From a virus (lineage: Duplodnaviria > Heunggongvirae > Uroviricota > Caudoviricetes), in IMG/VR virus record IMGVR_UViG_2778261249_000009, positions 1-5,194 of that record: 5,194 nucleotides of DNA, one strand, 5' to 3'. Below, piece by piece: positions 1 through 5,194 of this stretch. Numbering within the stretch: position 1 is the first letter of the stretch; each line of letters starts with the position of its first letter. A program made the position numbers and the translations under genes. The notes beneath the pieces are model-generated. The model did no database searches. It was not told the origin of the DNA and saw only the letters and a program-made list of their open reading frames with translations.

Positions 1-192
1 TCAGGAGCATTTCTGATTAACGCCACCGTTAAGAATCCACCCTTCAACAGCTTCACGAAGGTATGATTTGGGGTGGGTTCTGACTGGCTTCGGAAATCCG
101 TGCCGTTTGGTATAGTTCCAGATTGTCTGACGTGATGAAACACCGAGCTTGTTCATCACTTCTTTCTCAGGAATCAGGCTGGTATCGGTCAT
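1..192 (-). CDS. xis: AlpA-family helix-turn-helix excisionase / phage transcriptional regulator (63 aa), complete
   Basis: ATG at 192-190 preceded by GGAG 7 nt upstream (minus strand); TGA stop at 3-1. Sequence LGVSSRQTIWNYTKRHGFPKPV...EAVEGWI matches the AlpA/excisionase pattern (HTH, conserved FPKP and W near the C-terminus). An integrase would be expected beyond position 1. Confidence 0.7.
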   Translation of the reverse strand: MTDTSLIPEKEVMNKLGVSSRQTIWNYTKRHGFPKPVRTHPKSYLREAVEGWILNGGVNQKCS

Positions 193-206
193 CTTAATTC
201 TCCAGG

Positions 207-233
207 CAAAAAGAAACCGCCATCAGGCGGCTT
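207..233 (-). terminator. Rho-independent terminator (minus strand)
   Basis: Minus strand reads AAG-CCGCC-TGAT-GGCGG-TTT followed by CTTTTTG: GC-rich 5 bp core stem (217-221 / 226-230), extendable to 8 bp, 4-nt loop, then U-tract 207-216. Sits between the small ORF stop and the xis RBS. Confidence 0.5.
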
Positions 234-390
234 GGTGTTCTTTCAGTTCTTCAATTCGAATATTGGTTACGTCTGCATGTGCTATCTGCGCCCACAGCAT
301 CCAGTGGTCATAGCAGTCGCTGATGTTCTCGGCTTCGATAACTCTGTTGAATGGTTCTCCATTCCATTCACCTGTGACTCGGAAGTGCAT
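223..390 (-). CDS. Hypothetical small protein, 55 aa (MHFRVTGEWNGEPFNRVIEAENISDCYDHWMLWAQIAHADVTNIRIEELKEHQAA); below the ORF-track length cutoff
   Basis: Hand-translated: ATG at 390-388 with GGAG 7 nt upstream; TGA stop at 225-223 falls in the loop of the downstream terminator hairpin. Protein-like composition (3 Trp, 4 His). No family recognised. Confidence 0.3.
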   Translation of the reverse strand: MHFRVTGEWNGEPFNRVIEAENISDCYDHWMLWAQIAHADVTNIRIEELKEHQAA

Positions 391-400
391 TTATCATCTC

Positions 401-428
401 CATAAAACAAAACTCGCCGTAGCGAGTT
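401..428 (-). terminator. Rho-independent terminator (minus strand) downstream of the DUF551 gene
   Basis: Perfect inverted repeat AACTCGC (411-417) / GCGAGTT (422-428) with 4-nt loop; on the minus strand the hairpin is followed by TTTTGTTTTAT (complement of 401-410). Confidence 0.45.
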
Positions 429-490
429 CAGATAAAAGAAATCCCCGCGAGTTCGAGGATTGTTATTCACCTTTGACGGCAAGTTGCAGG

Positions 491-1696
491 TTAGCCACGG
501 TTAACCTCCTGCGGCGGTTCTGGTAGTGGCATCCAGTGGGTTACACCGCCAATTGGTTCATCGTCGTCGTACTCCAATGCGGCTATATAGAACCCGTCAC
601 GACGAGAATAAGAAATCCCGGACATTACAATGCCATCCGAAACAACAATAATGTCACCCGTTTCTTCCGGCATTCGCTCACTACAGCTTATCCAACCATC
701 CGGAGTTACCGGAGTTGGTCCATCGAATTCGGGCATGTCAGGACCTTTTCTGATAGCTTTAGCCAGCTCCAGCGGGTCATCGTAAAGCCAGTCGCCAGTT
801 TGTGGGTGATTTGCTTCTGCAAGCTGCGCAGCCCATTCAAGACCATCTTTTTGACCTTGGAGATAATCAAGCGGCAACTCTTCATGATTACTTACAGGTT
901 GGCTACCCTGAAGCATGGCAGCGTGGCAGGCATACTCAACACCCTTAACTGCATCTGCGCAGTAGTTATAGCGATTGCATTCCACTAATTTCCGTTTGAG
1001 TTTTTCAATTGCCTGCGCGACATCAGCCTGTATTACAGGAACTGGCGGAACGGCTGTTTGCTCTCGAACGTCATTAGTCGCTATCGGTTCTGCTGCCAAC
1101 TGACTGGCATATTTGTTAATGGTAACGATAAGCTCTTGCTCAGCCTCATCCAGACAATCACCGATACCTCGCCTGTCACCGTCAAAATCATCGAAATCGG
1201 CACGAATCTTGGCAACCTTCAGGATTGCGGACAACACCTCACTAGGAATTACCGGATAGTTGGTTGACGTTTCCGCGATTTCCCGAAAATTATTGGTTGA
1301 CGAATTCTTATTTTCCCGAAAGTTTCCGGACTGAAGCATGGCGGCGCGGCAGGCGTTCCAGCCTCTTACCTCTGCAATAGCGGCAACCGCATCAACCGCG
1401 TACATGCTAAGAGGATTAGGAATTGGTTTTTCTTCCGGTACTACTGGCGCTGGAGGGGCGGCGTAAATGCCCTCTATCACTAAATGTTTGCGCTCAAAAT
1501 CATCTGGCTCTCGATGATATACGTAACTCCAGTCACCAAGGTTATCATTGCGCCTGCAACGGAAACCTATCGGCTCTGCTTCCAGCGATGCCAGCGCAAT
1601 TTCATAAGCCCGGCGTTCAATATTGTCTCGAACGTCCAGGCTGCTGATACGCTCTTTGATTTCTTTAATCAGTTCTTTGTCGGTGAAAGTGGTCAT
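491..1696 (-). CDS. DUF551 domain-containing phage protein (401 aa)
   Basis: Track ORF 491..1777 begins at a TTG. The preferred start is ATG 1696-1694 with AAGGAG 7 nt upstream, 1 nt after the upstream gene stop (TGATATG). C-terminus ...DGWISCSERMPEETGDIIVVSDG...GFYIAALEYDDDEPIGGVTHWMPLPEPP matches the DUF551 signature (THWMPLP) seen at C-termini of enterobacterial prophage proteins. Internal repeats noted separately. Confidence 0.75.
   Translation of the reverse strand: MTTFTDKELIKEIKERISSLDVRDNIERRAYEIALASLEAEPIGFRCRRNDNLGDWSYVYHREPDDFERKHLVIEGIYAAPPAPVVPEEKPIPNPLSMYAVDAVAAIAEVRGWNACRAAMLQSGNFRENKNSSTNNFREIAETSTNYPVIPSEVLSAILKVAKIRADFDDFDGDRRGIGDCLDEAEQELIVTINKYASQLAAEPIATNDVREQTAVPPVPVIQADVAQAIEKLKRKLVECNRYNYCADAVKGVEYACHAAMLQGSQPVSNHEELPLDYLQGQKDGLEWAAQLAEANHPQTGDWLYDDPLELAKAIRKGPDMPEFDGPTPVTPDGWISCSERMPEETGDIIVVSDGIVMSGISYSRRDGFYIAALEYDDDEPIGGVTHWMPLPEPPQEVNRG
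1260..1325. repeat. Tandem imperfect 33-bp direct repeat (2 units, about 25/33 identical) inside the DUF551 CDS
   Basis: Units 1260-1292 and 1293-1325 both begin TTGGTTGACG and contain TTTCCCGAAA; they encode NFRENKNSSTN / NFREIAETSTN on the minus strand. Confidence 0.6.
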
Positions 1697-1697
1697 A

Positions 1698-2309
1698 TCA
1701 CTCTCCTTTAATGCGAATGCCAGCGGCGCGTGGCACATTAACTTCCACGATGCGCACAGTTGGTTTGTACATCTCAATCGCTGTCAGCCAGTCAGCTCCT
1801 GTCATGCGCTTTTCCGCATCGCCATTAGTCCACTGAACCGGTACACCAATAGCCTTCATAGCGATTTCTATTTCCCCGGCAATGGCGCTTTTTCCGCAAC
1901 CAGTAAAACCAGATACAACGACCAGAACTTCACCTTTGGCTGGTTTTATTTCCCGCGCTTCCAGTTCAGCAATGCGCTTACTCCCATCCCAGATAACGCC
2001 CTCGTAATACTCACGCTGCTCGTTGAGTTTTGATTTTGCCAACTCCAGTTGTTTTGTTAGTTCCGCAATACGGCAAACATCGTTGATACGCGTTTCCTCT
2101 AATGCGTTGATCTCATCCAGTAGTGCCAGCACGGTTTCTGGTCCGGCCAGAAATTTGAAGGCGTTGAGGGCATCAATATCAACACCGCTATCTTTAAGTT
2201 CCTGTTCGCTTATCAGATCATCATCAACTGGCAACATTAACAGGCGTTCCATTGCCGGAATTGCACGCTCTGCCGCCTCACGCAGTGCCTGGTAATTAAT
2301 TTCGCTCAC
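1698..2309 (-). CDS. Ead/Ea22-like coiled-coil prophage protein (203 aa with GTG start; possibly shorter)
   Basis: Track ORF 1698..2501 is over-extended through the Lar gene. GTG at 2309-2307 has GGAGG 6 nt upstream and overlaps only the last 14 nt of lar; alternative ATG at 2252. N-terminus SEINYQALREAAERA followed by a heptad-rich coiled-coil segment resembles Ea22-like proteins as I recall them (unverified). The C-terminal segment VVVSGFTGCGKSAIAGEIEIAMKAIGV is unassigned. Confidence 0.55.
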   Translation of the reverse strand: MSEINYQALREAAERAIPAMERLLMLPVDDDLISEQELKDSGVDIDALNAFKFLAGPETVLALLDEINALEETRINDVCRIAELTKQLELAKSKLNEQREYYEGVIWDGSKRIAELEAREIKPAKGEVLVVVSGFTGCGKSAIAGEIEIAMKAIGVPVQWTNGDAEKRMTGADWLTAIEMYKPTVRIVEVNVPRAAGIRIKGE

Positions 2310-2529
2310 TGGTTGCCTCCTTTGCTCGCTGATTCCACTCAGCTCTAACCTCTGAATAAAAAATCGCGCAGTCATTTCCAGGCGCTGCATATTTGCTACC
2401 AGATTGAGCGCGACACGTACCGCATCGAACGAAATAGAATCTACCGCCAGAGCCATATTCAGGGTGATCTGCTTCACTGGCAACGTGCGCTGCGCCGCCA
2501 CAGAATGGACATGGTAGTAGGTTGCTCAT
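2296..2529 (-). CDS. lar: Lar-family restriction alleviation protein (77 aa, CxxC...CxxC zinc ribbon)
   Basis: ATG 2529-2527 with AAAGGAG 8 nt upstream; ATGA overlap with the upstream gene stop (2526-2529). CPFCGG at residues 7-12 and CGTC at 36-39, the Lar/RalR-family signature; stop TAA 2298-2296. Confidence 0.7.
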   Translation of the reverse strand: MSNLLPCPFCGGAAHVASEADHPEYGSGGRFYFVRCGTCRAQSGSKYAAPGNDCAIFYSEVRAEWNQRAKEATSERN

Positions 2530-3026
2530 GACTGCACTCCTTTGCGAAGCTGGGCGGCTAACTCGTCACATATGTGCGTCAAGGAGCAAAGTTTGATTGA
2601 TGGATGTTCGCGCATCATCTCAACCCCCTGCGCCCGCACTTCAGCAAGGAAAGCATCGGTGGCTGGGGTTTTAACACGGATGCTGTCGCGCAAGATGAAA
2701 AATGCATCAAGCATTCCAACCTCCGGCACTTCATCCTGATGCTTCTCATACGCATCAAGAGCCTTCATCATCTCAGGTCCGAACGGTTGAGGGTGTGCTG
2801 TCTTCAGCCCAGCATTCTCCGCTGCCAGCACCGAGCACTTGGCTTCAAGGTTGTCAATCGTTATTCCAGCAGAACGACACTCACGCAACGCCGTTTCCAG
2901 TTTTGATTCAAGCTCACCAAATTTACGCACCAGATATTCAGCGTTTGTTTCGTTAACCTTTAAATCACTTGGGATGCATTTACCTTTCAGAAATCCATCC
3001 ATCTCAATTAGTGTCATTTGTTTCAT
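2526..3026 (-). CDS. Hypothetical coiled-coil protein (166 aa from ATG 3026; 172 aa if GTG 3044 is used)
   Basis: Track ORF 2526..3044 starts at GTG. ATG 3026-3024 forms an ATGA overlap with the stop of the upstream 54-aa ORF, matching the coupling used elsewhere in the operon. N-terminal half is predicted coiled coil ([18 protein letters not shown]...). No family recognised. Confidence 0.55.
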   Translation of the reverse strand: MKQMTLIEMDGFLKGKCIPSDLKVNETNAEYLVRKFGELESKLETALRECRSAGITIDNLEAKCSVLAAENAGLKTAHPQPFGPEMMKALDAYEKHQDEVPEVGMLDAFFILRDSIRVKTPATDAFLAEVRAQGVEMMREHPSIKLCSLTHICDELAAQLRKGVQS

Positions 3027-3187
3027 TTCTTCCCACTCCGCCACATCGCATTCAGATATTTGTTTTGATTCACTGATGTAAAAGAATTTCTCTTAAGCAA
3101 TTCCTCTCTCGATGGCATTGGCTTTACGCGTTGGCGAATAATCATTTCTGCCGGAAGAATGCCGGGATTGTATGCAAGTCCTCTCAT
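3023..3187 (-). CDS. Hypothetical small protein, 54 aa ([54 protein letters not shown])
   Basis: C-terminal part of track ORF 3023..3340. ATG 3187-3185 with GAGG 8 nt upstream, 10 nt after the stop of the 98-aa gene; its TGA overlaps the next start (ATGA at 3023-3026). Basic, Lys/Arg-rich. Confidence 0.35.
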   Translation of the reverse strand: MRGLAYNPGILPAEMIIRQRVKPMPSREELLKRNSFTSVNQNKYLNAMWRSGKK

Positions 3188-3197
3188 GGTAAATTCC

Positions 3198-3494
3198 TCA
3201 GTCATTACTGATAGCGCCATAGCGTGAGCGGTAATTACGCAGGCGCGGGTCGATATATTCAGGGAAGTGGGTATATGTGGCTTTGCGGAATGGTCGGATT
3301 GATGTCTGGTAAATTCGCTCGCGTTCTTCTTTCTCTGCAAGCCATACGCAGTGGCGAAATTCCTTTTCCTCTTTTGTTTCCTGCGGTAGCGACATTATCC
3401 GGTCGTAGTTTTTCCTGAATTTATCCAGCACCTCCGATACGGAATTGCCGGAACAGCGGCGCGGGTCATCCGCACCATACAGAGGCGCTGGCAT
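3198..3494 (-). CDS. Hypothetical protein, 98 aa
   Basis: ATG 3494-3492, 23 nt after the SSB-like gene stop, with a weak TAAGG upstream; fills the gap in the operon. No family recognised. Confidence 0.5.
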   Translation of the reverse strand: MPAPLYGADDPRRCSGNSVSEVLDKFRKNYDRIMSLPQETKEEKEFRHCVWLAEKEERERIYQTSIRPFRKATYTHFPEYIDPRLRNYRSRYGAISND

Positions 3495-3517
3495 AATGGG
3501 AGCCTTATTTTCAATAA

Positions 3518-4105
3518 TCAGAAAGGAGGGTAATCGTTCTGGCTGTAACCATAATCATCTGCATGATTCTGGCTTACGTTTTTAGAGCGATTGTCTTTAT
3601 CTTTGAGGCTGGCAACCATGTTGGCGATAGTTTCTGGTTGCTTGCCTTCCGCCTTTTCTTTAAGGGTTTGACCTGTTTGTGCAATAAACGGGATGCGTAT
3701 TTCCATCTGGTAGCTGTCTGCGCCAGTCTTTTTGTTTGTGGTTAATACTTTCTGGAGCACTAACCCGATTTTCTTTCCATGAAACTCAGGAGCAACAAAT
3801 TTACTGGCGGAAACCATATGTTGCGTTAATTGTCCAATCCCGGCACACCCCATCATGGCGTGAACGACATTTGCGCCAAATTTGTTTTCCGTTCCGTCAT
3901 TTTTCTGAACACAGACGCTAAGATATTGGATTTTACGTCCGTCGTCAGATTCGCCAGAAAACTCAATAAATTTGGCTCCTTTTTCTGATTGCTTTAGTTC
4001 TGCTTCAGTAATGGTAATGATATGAGCACCAGTTTCGTTAATAAAACCACCTTGCCCTGCGGTCAGTGCTGCTTCTTCGTTATAAGTAAAAATCACGTTG
4101 CTCAT
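3518..4105 (-). CDS. Putative phage ssDNA-binding (SSB-like) protein partnered with the Sak4-like ATPase (195 aa)
   Basis: ATG 4105-4103 in ATGA overlap with the Sak4-like gene stop; TAAGGA RBS. Acidic C-terminal tail ending ...HADDYGYSQNDYPPF resembles the SSB C-terminal tip (acidic residues + terminal PF). Position immediately downstream of a Sak4-like ATPase matches the known Sak4 + cognate SSB arrangement (e.g. phage HK620). The OB fold is not verifiable by eye. Confidence 0.45.
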   Translation of the reverse strand: MSNVIFTYNEEAALTAGQGGFINETGAHIITITEAELKQSEKGAKFIEFSGESDDGRKIQYLSVCVQKNDGTENKFGANVVHAMMGCAGIGQLTQHMVSASKFVAPEFHGKKIGLVLQKVLTTNKKTGADSYQMEIRIPFIAQTGQTLKEKAEGKQPETIANMVASLKDKDNRSKNVSQNHADDYGYSQNDYPPF

Positions 4106-4782
4106 GCGGCGTTTTCCTTAATTTGATGAACATTATTGATGCCGTAGTAATCACAAACAGTGGCATCGACGAAAGAGAGATCGTTATCAATCTCATTAGA
4201 ATCAAACATTCCCATTGGGGATTTAACAGTGTCTGCACCGTTGTTTTTCGTGGTGAAAAAGAACTGGTCATCGCGGGTAAGGGTGCGAAGAACTATAGTA
4301 AACATGCCTTCGACAGTGATTTTCTCGTCCAGCATTTTGCCGATAGTCTTCATTTTCACACGCCCCATAGGGGTTTCTTCGGTGTGCGCAAGAAAATAGA
4401 CTCTCAGGTCATCAGGTGCATCCTGTGCAGCCTTAATCACCTCCCATGCGTGGCGGCCTATCTCAGTGAATTTATCAAACGATTTTTCTTCTGAGCGGCG
4501 CATAAACTCATTGCTCATCACATACTGGAAGTCATCAACAATAACGATTCTTTTCCCGTATTCGTGAGCACGCTTAATTACGGCAACTATTACGTCCCAT
4601 TTGTCAGTGGTAACTACGGTTCCTTTTTTTGCTCTGGCATCCCATGCCAGCCAGTCTTTTGATTTAAATGGAAGCGGCTTGCCTATTGGTTTTATAAGTA
4701 TTGCTTCCTCTGGATTGATATTTCTCATGCTGGTTGATTTTCCGGTGCCAGATTCACCGAGTATTAATGTCGCAGTTCCCAT
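4102..4782 (-). CDS. Sak4-like RecA-fold P-loop ATPase (AAA_24-type, putative single-strand annealing protein), 226 aa
   Basis: ATG 4782-4780 with GAGG 6 nt upstream. Walker A GESGTGKST at residues 9-17 and Walker B-like IVIVDD near residue 80; size and N-terminal P-loop placement fit short phage Sak4/AAA_24 proteins. Confidence 0.7.
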   Translation of the reverse strand: MGTATLILGESGTGKSTSMRNINPEEAILIKPIGKPLPFKSKDWLAWDARAKKGTVVTTDKWDVIVAVIKRAHEYGKRIVIVDDFQYVMSNEFMRRSEEKSFDKFTEIGRHAWEVIKAAQDAPDDLRVYFLAHTEETPMGRVKMKTIGKMLDEKITVEGMFTIVLRTLTRDDQFFFTTKNNGADTVKSPMGMFDSNEIDNDLSFVDATVCDYYGINNVHQIKENAA

Positions 4783-4790
4783 AATTTGCC

Positions 4791-4979
4791 TCAGAATGGT
4801 AATTCGGATGGGGAGGAAAGAAACTCACGCTCATTCATGCGCTCTCTTTGTGCCTGCCATAAGCAAAGTTGTTTCTTTGATTTATCTCCCGCTTTACGCC
4901 AGTAACGAGCCTCAGCAATGTGATATTCTCTTTTTAATCGACTTAACTCTGGAGTTTTCGCCAGTTCTACCGGAATCAT
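4791..4979 (-). CDS. Hypothetical small protein, 62 aa (start at second Met of the track ORF)
   Basis: Track ORF 4791..4991. GGAGG lies 5 nt upstream of ATG 4979-4977 and overlaps the first ATG (4991), so the second ATG is the better start; it also forms an ATGA overlap with the upstream ORF stop (4976-4979). Confidence 0.5.
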   Translation of the reverse strand: MIPVELAKTPELSRLKREYHIAEARYWRKAGDKSKKQLCLWQAQRERMNEREFLSSPSELPF

Positions 4980-5194
4980 TTTGACCTCCATTTTCTGTAG
5001 GCTTCTACGGCCTCACGAAACATCTTTTCATCGCCAATAAAAGTGGCGATAGTGAATTTAGTCTGAATAGCCATAAGTGTTTTATCCATTTTTTGGAACT
5101 CCTGGCTGATTAAGTACGTCGATAAGGCGTTTCCATCCGTCACGTAATTTACGGGTGATTCGTTCAAGTAAAGATTCGGAAGGGCAGCCAGCAA
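4976..5194 (-). CDS. Hypothetical protein, 5'-truncated at the window edge (or a 37-aa protein if it starts at ATG 5089)
   Basis: Frame is open from the window end (track M is a TTG at 5194-5192) to TGA 4978-4976. Internal ATG 5089-5087 has AGGAG 9 nt upstream, so an independent 37-aa product is possible. Confidence 0.4.
   Translation of the reverse strand: MLAALPNLYLNESPVNYVTDGNALSTYLISQEFQKMDKTLMAIQTKFTIATFIGDEKMFREAVEAYRKWRSK

Noticed and set aside
282-482. 66-aa minus-strand track ORF 282..482 (TTG start) and plus-strand ORF 323..526
   Set aside because: Non-ATG start without RBS, with the first internal ATG leaving only 26 codons; the plus ORF overlaps the DUF551 C-terminus. The alternative-frame 55-aa ORF 223..390 with RBS and terminator context is a better explanation of this region.
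429-490. Possible sigma70 promoter for the 55-aa ORF inside the 3' end of the DUF551 gene
   Set aside because: Only weak -35/-10-like hexamers (TTGCCG, TAACAAT) with poor spacing; not supportable by eye.
1697-1777. TTG start at 1777 for the DUF551 protein (428-aa track ORF)
   Set aside because: The extension overlaps the 3' end of the upstream gene and has no RBS, whereas ATG 1696 has AAGGAG at optimal spacing.
536-2295. Plus-strand ORFs 536..988, 1058..1267, 1423..1647, 1484..1711, 1623..2033 and 2023..2295
   Set aside because: All lie antisense to well-supported minus-strand genes, lack convincing Shine-Dalgarno motifs, and have low-complexity or Ser/Leu/Cys-rich translations typical of shadow ORFs.
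2310-2501. N-terminal 64 codons of the 267-aa track ORF (1698..2501)
   Set aside because: This extension overlaps almost the whole lar CDS, which has a strong RBS and a clear zinc-ribbon signature. A GGAGG-GTG start at 2309 explains the downstream gene without the long overlap. Kept as a low-probability overprinting possibility in the findings.
3188-3340. 5' part of the 105-aa track ORF 3023..3340
   Set aside because: Overlaps the 98-aa gene out of frame. Only the distal 54 codons from ATG 3187 have RBS and coupling support.
4080-4271. 63-aa minus-strand track ORF 4080..4271
   Set aside because: Lies in another frame inside the Sak4-like gene and across the Sak4/SSB junction; no RBS, hydrophobic low-complexity translation.
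2542-4984. Plus-strand ORFs 2542..2739, 2604..2906, 2702..2956, 2839..3081, 3224..3418, 3563..3745, 3736..3921, 4123..4494, 4160..4399 and 4601..4984
   Set aside because: Antisense shadows of the minus-strand operon; no RBS support and no recognisable motifs.
1-5194. Attachment site, tRNA, CRISPR array, IS element or toxin-antitoxin pair
   Set aside because: No tRNA-like cloverleaf region, no regularly spaced repeats, no terminal inverted repeats or transposase-like ORF, and no small two-gene module with recognisable toxin motifs were seen. The excisionase at the window edge suggests int and att lie outside the window.

Overview
This 5.2 kb window reads as one densely packed minus-strand operon, most consistent with the int-proximal early-left accessory and recombination region of a lambdoid prophage in an Enterobacteriaceae (E. 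coli-like) host. Everything here is from reading the sequence and the ORF track; no searches were run. In transcription order (high to low coordinate): a 5'-truncated ORF at the window edge, a 62-aa ORF, a Sak4-like RecA-fold P-loop ATPase, an SSB-like protein, a 98-aa ORF, a 54-aa ORF, a 166-aa coiled-coil protein, a Lar-family zinc-ribbon restriction-alleviation protein, an Ea22-like coiled-coil protein, a DUF551-type protein, an intrinsic terminator, an unlisted 55-aa ORF, a second terminator, and an AlpA-type excisionase whose stop codon sits at positions 1-3. Four gene junctions are ATGA stop/start overlaps and most starts carry AGGAG-like Shine-Dalgarno motifs. I see no tRNA, rRNA, CRISPR array, IS element or attachment site, and no recognisable multi-gene defence system. 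The most promising candidates for novelty are the uncharacterised small proteins flanking the Lar gene, which sit where phages commonly carry anti-defence genes, and the terminator-bracketed 55-aa ORF next to xis. All plus-strand ORFs in the track look like antisense shadows.
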